Source: Candidatus Latescibacterota bacterium (GTDB lineage Bacteria; Latescibacterota; UBA2968; UBA8231). From it: 64,000 nt of DNA. This document shows positions 10,884 through 18,456 of the stretch, piece after piece. A model generated the notes under the pieces. The model saw only the letters and a list, made by a program, of their open reading frames with translations. It ran no database searches and was not told the origin of the DNA. A program made the translations under genes and the position numbers. Where the stretch lies: assembly GCA_965215195.1 (NCBI GenBank), contig CBDCDC010000002.1:768001-832000 (forward strand), read 5' to 3'. How positions within the stretch are numbered: the stretch's first letter is position 1; each line of letters starts with the position of its first letter.

Positions 10884-10919
10884 ATAAAGAGAGATGAAGT
10901 CGCCCTCACCTCTCTTTAT
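10884..10919 (-). terminator. Stem-loop (terminator or mRNA stabiliser) after the first gene of the secreted cluster
   Basis: ATAAAGAGAG (10884-10893) pairs with CTCTCTTTAT (10910-10919), 10 bp perfect. Confidence 0.5.
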
Positions 10920-10969
10920 TTACCTGCCTGCGCACAAGGTGCGATCTAGCAAAACGCGCCAAGGTGCGC

Positions 10970-11875
10970 TTATTGGATCATATAGCCTTTGATCCGACCC
11001 CAGCTATCGGCCTCGACAGCCGTATCTTCCGCCGTGCCGCCCGTGCCGCCCGTAGCACCTTCGGTCTCCACCGTGATGAAGTCCGAGCCGTTCGAGTTGT
11101 CTTGGAAGGCACCGTTGACCGGCGTCGTGCCCGGCTGCTTCTCGCGGCCTACCTCGGGATTCTCGGTCTCGTCAAACTGGAAGGTCAGACCGATGATCTG
11201 GTCGGGGGCAAAATTGTGGCGCGCACTGCCGTCGGGACCCGTCTTGTCGTGGAAGGTCCACACGGCCTGCTTGACCTCGTAAGTATAGGTCACCGAGCTA
11301 CCAGCGGGCTGCTCCAGCGGACGGGCGTCCGGCGGATCGAGGGTCCACTCATAGACGAACCAAGGACGCTCGGTGGACCACAGGATGCTCTCCTGCGGCA
11401 CGTTGAAGATCCAAGTGTCCTTCTGACCAGCAGCGGGCAGAACGCGGATGCCGTACTGCTGTCCAGAGGTCATTTCGGTCTCGTTGAAGTTCTCGCTCGA
11501 GTGGTCGGCATCGACGATGATTTCCAGCGAGTCGTCCTTCCAATACTCCTGCGGGTTCTCGACGAAGAGGCCCAGCGAGTCATCGGTAACTCGCGAAAAG
11601 TAGTAGAGCGAATTGTCCGGTGCCGAGCTCCAAGCCACGTAGAGAATGCAGTCCCAGTCGTCCTTGGCTGGGGGCCACTCGCTGCCGAGAATTTCGAACA
11701 TGGTGTCCGGGTTGATGGCAAAAGCCGGATCAATCCAACCCCAGTCGTCGTCGTTGCCGTCGATGACCATGTTGTCGGGGTTGGGAATCTGCGGCATGAA
11801 ATAGTTAGCTTGGTGCGCGAAAGCCGCCGAAGCAGCCAGCACCGCGACCAAGGAGAGAAGAGTCAGTCTCTTCAT
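10970..11875 (-). CDS. Secreted acidic protein, CBM9/DOMON-like sugar-binding fold, C-terminal TAVEADSWGRIK motif
   Basis: Strong GGAGG RBS, signal peptide, IDGNDDDW...LYVAW...LYYFSRVTDD...WKDDSLEIIVDAD pattern resembling CBM9-like domains, Gly/Thr linker before the tail. Confidence 0.7.
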   Translation of the reverse strand: MKRLTLLSLVAVLAASAAFAHQANYFMPQIPNPDNMVIDGNDDDWGWIDPAFAINPDTMFEILGSEWPPAKDDWDCILYVAWSSAPDNSLYYFSRVTDDSLGLFVENPQEYWKDDSLEIIVDADHSSENFNETEMTSGQQYGIRVLPAAGQKDTWIFNVPQESILWSTERPWFVYEWTLDPPDARPLEQPAGSSVTYTYEVKQAVWTFHDKTGPDGSARHNFAPDQIIGLTFQFDETENPEVGREKQPGTTPVNGAFQDNSNGSDFITVETEGATGGTGGTAEDTAVEADSWGRIKGYMIQ

Positions 11876-11937
11876 TAGGAAACCTCCAATGGGTGAGATG
11901 GAATGGATTAGGATAAATGGCCACCGAAACTCGGCGG

Positions 11938-12106
11938 TAAAAATAATTATCGGTAATCTATGGAGTTTCAGGTGGGCCGAGTACCTCAGAGTAAATGGTG
12001 CAAAACCTCCTTTGGCAAAAATTATTTGCGAAAAATAGGAGGTTCAATTTATGGGCCATCCGCATGACTGTCAAGGCATTTCACTTAGTACCGATAATTA
12101 TTTTTA
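11938..12106. promoter_or_regulatory. Perfect 18-bp inverted repeat pair in the divergent intergenic region
   Basis: TAAAAATAATTATCGGTA (11938-11955) and TACCGATAATTATTTTTA (12089-12106), with an inner AACCTCCT...AGGAGGTT pair. Confidence 0.6.
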
Positions 12107-12206
12107 TAAATAGTTATTGCTTCCGCTCCCACCCTGCCCGCATTGACAATCCCGCTTTTTTTTTTACACTTGGCCTTTTCGCCTCGCATCCTCAACGGGT
12201 TTTTCT

Positions 12207-13916
12207 TTGCGCGATCTATCTACGACCCTCGCCGTCCTCGCCCTGATCTTGGTCGGCTGGTACGCCCTCAACCGCTGGGTCTTATCCGTCTATCCAGACG
12301 ACCCGTCCGCTGGCGGCGAGTACACCGTCATCCGCTGGGCCTCCGACCCCAATCCGGCGCGCACCGAACAAATGGCCCTCTTCAATCGGCTCTACGAAGA
12401 CAAGAAAGTGCGCGTCGTCCTCGACCCGAGCGCGGACGTGCAAAAGATCCTCACCCAAGCGGCGGCTGGCTCCGGGCCGGACGTCTTCGACATCTACAGC
12501 TATGCGACCTTCGCGCTCTACGCCTCCAAGGGCGTCATGGTCGAGCTGAACGACTACATGCGCGAGGCCAAGCTGAGCCTCGACGACTTCTGGCTGCACC
12601 GGCGCAACGCCCTCGCCGTGCCCGTGGCCGACGCGCCGGCCGCAGCCGACGAATACGAGCGCTTTCGCATCTTTGCCGTCCCCAACAACGTTACCACCAG
12701 CGTCACCTTTCTCAACCGCTCGCTCTACGACGCAGTCGCGCGCGAGCGCCAAACGCACAACTTGGCCATGCCGCCCCTGCCGTGGAACCACTGGACTTGG
12801 TGGGACTACGTCCTCTTGTGTCAGGCCCTTACCAAAAAGAGTGCCGATGGCCGACGCTACGAGACCTTTGGCTCGGGCGGGCCGGGCTTTGGCGGGGGGC
12901 TGAACAACTTCATCTACCAAGCCGGCGGCAGCCTCCTCAACGGCGACGGCACCGAGATCGCCCTCGATTCTCCGGCTGGTGCCGCAGCCGCCCAATATCT
13001 GTACGACCTCGTCAACACCTTCCACGTCGTGCCCTCGGCCGAAGACCAGTCCGCGCAAACAGGTGGGGGTGGTTGGGGCGGGCAATCCATCCTAGGGCTG
13101 TATTCGGCGGGCAAATTAGGCACCATCCTCATCGGCCGCTGGGGGCTTATTAAGGTGCGCCGCGAAGCCCGCTTTACCACTGAGATTTATCCCATGCCGC
13201 GCTACGTGCCCTACGAGGAGTGGGAGCGCTGGATGAGCGACCCCGAAATGCGCACCAACCCGAGCCGGCGCGACGGCCCTTGGGGCGAGATCCGCGAGAC
13301 TGGCCGCGACCGCGGCAAGGCCGCCGAGATGGGCGGGCGGGTGACGGCCATCCGCAAGGGCACCCAGCACGAGCGGGAAGCCTTTTACTTTTTGGAATAC
13401 TTGTCCAGCCCGGATTTCAACAACTTGTTGACCAAAGACGCGGATGCCTTTGGCAGTCGCAAGCAGTTTTCGGTGCGCTATTTCTCTCGGCCCGATCCCG
13501 AGTTCCCCGACGAGGACCAACACCGCTCGGCCCTACTCGACGCCATGGAGCACACCGTCGCAGAGCAGGCCGCGGCCTACGGAGCTGCCTTTGCCATCAC
13601 CCGTTTGCAGGGTGCGCTGAGCACCAACCTCATCAACGCGGCTTACCAACCCGCCGACTCAACGGCCCGCCAGACCTACCGATTCCTCGGCCGCATGCCC
13701 GACCAGAGCGCGGTGAGCAACCCCGCGATCGGCCGCGCGGCGGTCGCCGAAATGTCCGCCCGCATGCGCGAGTCCCTCGCCAAGGCCAAGCGCAACCGCA
13801 CGCTCTCCAGCCGCAGCCACGCGCTCGACCTCCTCGGGATCGCGGCCCTCCTAGTGGCTATCGGCGTCGGCCTAACGTTGTACGCTCGGCGGCAACGCAC
13901 GGAGATGGACGCTTGA
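12207..13916 (+). CDS. Carbohydrate ABC transporter solute-binding protein with an extra C-terminal TM helix
   Basis: N-terminal anchor, GPDVFD, FAVP, WTWWDY and GGSLLNGDG motifs of CUT1 binding proteins; hydrophobic LLGIAALLVAIGVGLTLY followed by RRQR. Confidence 0.85.
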   Translation: MRDLSTTLAVLALILVGWYALNRWVLSVYPDDPSAGGEYTVIRWASDPNPARTEQMALFNRLYEDKKVRVVLDPSADVQKILTQAAAGSGPDVFDIYSYATFALYASKGVMVELNDYMREAKLSLDDFWLHRRNALAVPVADAPAAADEYERFRIFAVPNNVTTSVTFLNRSLYDAVARERQTHNLAMPPLPWNHWTWWDYVLLCQALTKKSADGRRYETFGSGGPGFGGGLNNFIYQAGGSLLNGDGTEIALDSPAGAAAAQYLYDLVNTFHVVPSAEDQSAQTGGGGWGGQSILGLYSAGKLGTILIGRWGLIKVRREARFTTEIYPMPRYVPYEEWERWMSDPEMRTNPSRRDGPWGEIRETGRDRGKAAEMGGRVTAIRKGTQHEREAFYFLEYLSSPDFNNLLTKDADAFGSRKQFSVRYFSRPDPEFPDEDQHRSALLDAMEHTVAEQAAAYGAAFAITRLQGALSTNLINAAYQPADSTARQTYRFLGRMPDQSAVSNPAIGRAAVAEMSARMRESLAKAKRNRTLSSRSHALDLLGIAALLVAIGVGLTLYARRQRTEMDA

Positions 13917-15064
13917 AGTCGCGCGAAAAGAGAATTTTGCGCTGGGCGCTGCTCTTCCTCGCGCCCAATCTGAGCGGATTTTTGATCTTCACGTCCCTGC
14001 CGGTGCTGTTCTCCTTTGGCCTCGCGTTTTTTCAGTGGGACACGTTCTCCTCGCCCCGCTTCATCGGCTTCGACAACTTCATTCGGCTGCTGACCGATCC
14101 CAAACTCTGGTTCTATCTCTACAACACGGTCTTTCTCATGCTGGGCCTGCCCCTGTCCATCGCCGGCTCGCTCCTATTGGCCATCGTCCTCTCGCAAAAG
14201 CTGCGCGGCATCATCGTCTATCGCACGGTCTTTTACCTCCCCACCGTCACCAATGGGGTCGCGCTGTTCTTGCTCTGGAAGTGGCTCTACAACCCCAAGT
14301 ACGGCCTCGTCAATTCGGTCCTACTACCCGTGCTCTCGTGGCCCTACTTCTCGCTCGCCGTGCGCGTCGCAGTCCTCGTGCTGGTAGGCTTGGTCCTGCA
14401 ATCTCTGGCGCGCAAGGCCGCGCGACCGGCCCAAGTCCTGTTCGCACTCCTCGCGGCCGCTGCGCTCTACTGGGTCGTCAGCGGCCTATACGAGTACGGC
14501 GGTCCTTGGGCTTGGCTGTCGGGGCGCTTAGCCCTCCTGTCCGGCCTCGACAGCATCGACGACTTGCCCAACTGGCTTTCGAGCAGCATCGACTTGGGCT
14601 GGCTCTCTTGGCTCGGCCTAGAGCAAGCGGCCTATTGGGCCAAGACAGCCATCATCTTCATGGGCATCTGGGCGTCTATGGGCGGGGGCAATATGATCCT
14701 CTACCTCGCGGCCCTCGCCAATGTGCCCGAGGAGCTATACGAAGCCTCGGACATCGACGGCGCCTCTAAGTGGCAGCAATTTTGGCACGTCACTTGGCCG
14801 ATGATTGCCCCTACTACCTTCTTTATATGCGTTATGTCCATTATCGGCGGGCTGCAAGGGGGCTTTGAGATCGCCTACTTGATGACCAATGGCGGCCCGG
14901 GCAAGGACGGGGACAACACGGTCACGCTCGGCTACTACATCTACCGCTCGGCCTTTGAAAACCTAGAGTTCGGGTACGCGGCCGCCGTGGCTTGGTTTAT
15001 GTTCGTCATCATATTTGTCATCACCTTGTGCAACTGGCGCTTCGGTCGGGGCGCGGTCAACTGA
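13913..15064 (+). CDS. Carbohydrate ABC transporter permease (MalF/UgpA-like)
   Basis: TTG at 13913 overlaps the SBP stop, with GGAG upstream. EAA loop ELYEASDIDGASKWQQFWHVTWPMI; FIGFDNF motif. Confidence 0.9.
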   Translation: MKSREKRILRWALLFLAPNLSGFLIFTSLPVLFSFGLAFFQWDTFSSPRFIGFDNFIRLLTDPKLWFYLYNTVFLMLGLPLSIAGSLLLAIVLSQKLRGIIVYRTVFYLPTVTNGVALFLLWKWLYNPKYGLVNSVLLPVLSWPYFSLAVRVAVLVLVGLVLQSLARKAARPAQVLFALLAAAALYWVVSGLYEYGGPWAWLSGRLALLSGLDSIDDLPNWLSSSIDLGWLSWLGLEQAAYWAKTAIIFMGIWASMGGGNMILYLAALANVPEELYEASDIDGASKWQQFWHVTWPMIAPTTFFICVMSIIGGLQGGFEIAYLMTNGGPGKDGDNTVTLGYYIYRSAFENLEFGYAAAVAWFMFVIIFVITLCNWRFGRGAVN

Positions 15065-15076
15065 GGGGAAAGGCGC

Positions 15077-16579
15077 ATGGCCAAAGTCGCGCGCACGACC
15101 GCGATCCACTCCCTGAGCCACGGGCTGCTCGTCCTCTTTGGCTTCACCACGCTCGTGCCGTTCTTGTGGATGGTGCTCACCTCGCTCAAGAGCGAAAACG
15201 AGGTCTTCCAGAGCCATATCTGGCCCCAAGAAGTGCGCCTCGGCAACGAAGGCGACCTGCTGAGGACCCGCGATGGCCAAGCCCTGCTCAACCCCCAAGG
15301 CGAGCCGATCCGCATCACCCTCGGCAACCCGGTGATACTCGGCGCTCCCGGCGACCCGATCCGCGACCAGCAGGGCCGCCTGATCTACGACCCGGACGGC
15401 CAGCCCATCCCCGGCAAAAACGTCGAAGAGCGCGGCGGCATTGCCGTGTACAAAAACCGCTGGAACCCGGTCCTCGTCGATGGTGCCCCTCTGCTGCTGA
15501 GCGAAATCCTGCGCGACAAGTGGCAAAAGCGGCTCGTACAGCAGCGCCAGAGTTGGCGCACGACTCAGCGGAGTGCGCCGCAGTCGGCCGAGCAACTGCC
15601 ACCGGCCTCGGTCGCGCTGGCCGACGGCACCCCGCTGCTGCGCGCCGACGGCACGCCCTATACCTACCGCGACATTTCTTGGGATCGCGTTGGGGATCCA
15701 GTTTTGGACATCCACGCTCAAGAGCCGATTCTCGACGCCAACGGCAACGCCATTCCCTTTCGCGCGGCCTTTCCCCTGCTCCGAAGCGACAACGACCCCC
15801 TGATGCGCAACGGCGTCGACGTCCTCTACGCCCGCTTCCCCGGGGAGGACGAGCCGCGCATCGCGTACGGCAGCGACGTGTTGCAGATCAGCGAGCCGCG
15901 CTTCATGTGGTCCAACTACATCCGGGTCTTGCGCGACAAGGACATCAAATTCTCGCTCTACGGCTGGAACAGCCTCTTCGTCGCCGTCTGCGTGATGGTC
16001 GGCCAAGTGGTGACCTCGGCCATGGCCGGCTTTGCCTTTGCCCGCCTCGAATGGCGCGGCCGCGACGCGGTCTTCCTGCTCTACTTGGCCACCTTGATGG
16101 TCCCCGGGATCGTCACCTTGCTGCCCAACTACGTGATCCTCAAAAGCCTCGGCTGGCTCGACTCGTTCCAAGCGCTCATCATCCCGGCCATGTTCACTGC
16201 TTTTGGCACCTTTATGATGCGCCAGTTTATGACCGGGCTGCCCAGAGGGCTCGAAGAAGCCGCTGAAATCGACGGGGCCACTCTTTGGAAGACCTTCTGG
16301 AGCATCGTCATGCCCCTGTCCAAGCCGGCGTTGATTACCCTGTCGATCTTCTCCTTTATGGGCACTTGGCAGTCCTTTACGTGGCCGCTGATCGTCACCC
16401 ACTCCGAGCACATGCGGGTCCTGCCGGTGGCCCTGCGCTACTTTGATTCCTCGCAGGGGACCAACTACTCCCTGTTGATGACCGGGAGCGTGCTGATGAT
16501 GCTGCCGATGATCGTGCTCTTTGTCTTTGGCCAGCGGTTCTTCGTGCGCGGCATCCAGCTCGGCGCACTCAAAGGCTGA
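15077..16579 (+). CDS. Carbohydrate ABC transporter permease (MalG/UgpE-like) with a large soluble insertion
   Basis: PFLWMVLTSLK, AGFAFARL, LEEAAEIDGA motifs; roughly 220-aa insertion after TM1. Confidence 0.9.
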   Translation: MAKVARTTAIHSLSHGLLVLFGFTTLVPFLWMVLTSLKSENEVFQSHIWPQEVRLGNEGDLLRTRDGQALLNPQGEPIRITLGNPVILGAPGDPIRDQQGRLIYDPDGQPIPGKNVEERGGIAVYKNRWNPVLVDGAPLLLSEILRDKWQKRLVQQRQSWRTTQRSAPQSAEQLPPASVALADGTPLLRADGTPYTYRDISWDRVGDPVLDIHAQEPILDANGNAIPFRAAFPLLRSDNDPLMRNGVDVLYARFPGEDEPRIAYGSDVLQISEPRFMWSNYIRVLRDKDIKFSLYGWNSLFVAVCVMVGQVVTSAMAGFAFARLEWRGRDAVFLLYLATLMVPGIVTLLPNYVILKSLGWLDSFQALIIPAMFTAFGTFMMRQFMTGLPRGLEEAAEIDGATLWKTFWSIVMPLSKPALITLSIFSFMGTWQSFTWPLIVTHSEHMRVLPVALRYFDSSQGTNYSLLMTGSVLMMLPMIVLFVFGQRFFVRGIQLGALKG

Positions 16580-16585
16580 CCAGCG

Positions 16586-17389
16586 TCACAGCTCTGCTTG
16601 GGGAATCTGCTCCCAGTCCAGCTCGTCCTCGTCGATGTCCCAATCGTCGCTGCGCACGGCCGGCCGGTTGCAATAGGTGTGAAATTCGCAGCGGGCGCAC
16701 TCGCTCTCGTCGTCGGTCTTGGCGAACGCATCCGCGTCTGGCAGGGCCTCAATGGCGGCGATCGCCTCCGCCAACAGCGTGCGCGCCCGCTCGTGTTCGG
16801 CGGCCGAATAGGCAATCGGCTGCAGGGCCTGCGGATACTGAGCGTGCCAATAGACCAACATCACGTCCTCGGGCGCGAGTGCGCGGCCCTCGTTCAAGAC
16901 CGCGCCGGCCTCGGCCAAGACGAAGCGATAGACCAGCGTTTGCCAGCTTTGGGAGAATGCGGCTTGCGCTGGCTTTTTGCGGCCGGTCTTCCAGTCGAAT
17001 ATCCAAGCGCGGCCATCGTCGGCCAGTACCACGCGGTCAAACTTGGCCACGAGACGCCGGCCAGCTAGGGGCACGGAGAGCATGGTTTCCCCAAACACCG
17101 TCCCTGTGGGCACAACCGGCGGCTGCTCGCGCCAATTGCGCCACCAAGCGGCCAACAGCCGGTCGCGGCTCGGCTGCACGGCGTCCTCCACATCCATGCC
17201 CAAGCTCTCCTGCAGCACGAGCTGGTGGAACGCCCGCCCTCGGCTGGCCGCGGCCTCCCACTCGTCGAGCTGGTCGGTCAGCGGCGCTGGCCATGCCAAC
17301 CGCTCGACATAGCGCAACAGGAACTGCCGCCGACAGCGCGCAAAGGCCGTCAAGCTGCTCTGGCTGTACTTGAATCCTTGGGGTATCAT
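16586..17389 (-). CDS. Stand-alone PD-(D/E)XK nuclease, RecB/AddB/Cas4-like, probable Fe-S cluster
   Basis: YSQSSLTAFARCRRQF, GRAFH, E..L, KFDRV, IFDWKTG, QTLVY, CARCEFHTYC (1+3 Cys staple), acidic tail. Confidence 0.88.
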   Translation of the reverse strand: MIPQGFKYSQSSLTAFARCRRQFLLRYVERLAWPAPLTDQLDEWEAAASRGRAFHQLVLQESLGMDVEDAVQPSRDRLLAAWWRNWREQPPVVPTGTVFGETMLSVPLAGRRLVAKFDRVVLADDGRAWIFDWKTGRKKPAQAAFSQSWQTLVYRFVLAEAGAVLNEGRALAPEDVMLVYWHAQYPQALQPIAYSAAEHERARTLLAEAIAAIEALPDADAFAKTDDESECARCEFHTYCNRPAVRSDDWDIDEDELDWEQIPQAEL

Positions 17390-17432
17390 CGGCACTGGTT
17401 ATTTTGCCGGTCGCTTGCGAAGCGACCGGCGA

Positions 17433-17852
17433 TCACGCAGGCCATGGGTTAATTACTTTAATGCCACAGCGCTCGAAATGCCCAACATTTCTGGTAGCAA
17501 TGACCGCCCCGCGACAACGGGCAATGGCGGCCATCTGACAGTCCGCGGTGCTGATCGGCAGGCCAGCGGCCCGTCGGCCAGCACCGATCTCGGCATAGCT
17601 GCGCGCGGCCTCACTATCAAAGGGCAGAATGCGGCGGGCGAAATCTTCTTGCAGCATATTCTCGACTGCGGCAGCGATCCGCTCGCGGCGGCGGCCCGCT
17701 GGCAGGATGGCGACGCCATAGCGCAACTCGGCCTCCGCGATCACCGAAAGGAAAACATTGGTGGCGGGCAGATCAGCAAGCCACGCCGCCACGCCGGGGT
17801 CGGGCTTGGGGCGCATCAACTCCGAGACAACGTTGGTGTCGAGCAGGATCAT
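17433..17852 (-). CDS. vapC: VapC/FitB PIN-domain toxin
   Basis: MILLDTNVVSELMR...EAELRYG...ADCQMAAIA...ATRNVGHF. Confidence 0.93.
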   Translation of the reverse strand: MILLDTNVVSELMRPKPDPGVAAWLADLPATNVFLSVIAEAELRYGVAILPAGRRRERIAAAVENMLQEDFARRILPFDSEAARSYAEIGAGRRAAGLPISTADCQMAAIARCRGAVIATRNVGHFERCGIKVINPWPA

Positions 17853-17860
17853 CCCCAAAC

Positions 17861-18103
17861 TCAACCGAACTGGGGTGGCTCGCGCATTGGCTCGCGCGGC
17901 GGTATGTCCAGTTCCACGCCGCCCAAGGGCGCGAATCGAGCGCGTATGGCGCGTACCAGATTGGCGGGGGGCGCAGGCTCGGTGAGCGCCGCACGCAAAA
18001 TCAACCGCGCTTCCTCCTCCATCGAATGGCCGTGCTCGGCCGCTTGGATGCGCAGACGGTGCTTTACGTCGTCGCCGAGGTTGCGGATTGTCATGCTGGC
18101 CAT
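17861..18103 (-). CDS. FitA-like ribbon-helix-helix antitoxin
   Basis: MASMTIRNLGDDVKHRLRIQAAEHGHSMEEEARLIL; GGAGGTG RBS; directly upstream of the PIN toxin. Confidence 0.9.
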   Translation of the reverse strand: MASMTIRNLGDDVKHRLRIQAAEHGHSMEEEARLILRAALTEPAPPANLVRAIRARFAPLGGVELDIPPREPMREPPQFG

Positions 18104-18190
18104 GTTTTTCACCTCCGATTGCGACAAAATATGATTGTAGTCAATGACATCAAAGTCCACGACCTGAGAAGAGTCAGTTGACCCGTTTTT

Positions 18191-18430
18191 TTAACGATTG
18201 CGAACAATGCTCGAGTATAGCATCTCGGGGGCGACATCAGCACCATTGGGCCAAGCGATAGTGCCGCCTTCTATGGTTGCCTGCCTAAACAACTCCTCGT
18301 CCCTCAAAGGAAGGAAAACCGGCCCTTTGTGCAGGTATTCGGCAAAGTCAATGTCTCCCGCCACACCGTTGTCGAACTCAATGTGAAAAGTATAGCCTTT
18401 CTTATAATGAATTCTCGTTACGTCGTTCAT
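18191..18430 (-). CDS. DUF2442-family protein
   Basis: YTFHIEFDNG..GDIDF..YL..GPVFLPLRDEELF...GTIAWPNGADVAPEMLY. Confidence 0.85.
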   Translation of the reverse strand: MNDVTRIHYKKGYTFHIEFDNGVAGDIDFAEYLHKGPVFLPLRDEELFRQATIEGGTIAWPNGADVAPEMLYSSIVRNR

Positions 18431-18456
18431 ATTCCACGTGGTCGCGTCCTCATGTT

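Noticed and set aside
13220-13912. N-terminal extension of the 614-aa permease ORF
   Set aside because: It overlaps the SBP gene in another frame with Arg/Pro-rich shadow composition; the real start is probably TTG at 13913.
16586-17389. cas4 of a CRISPR-Cas locus
   Set aside because: No other cas genes or array are in the window; the context is helicase-associated.
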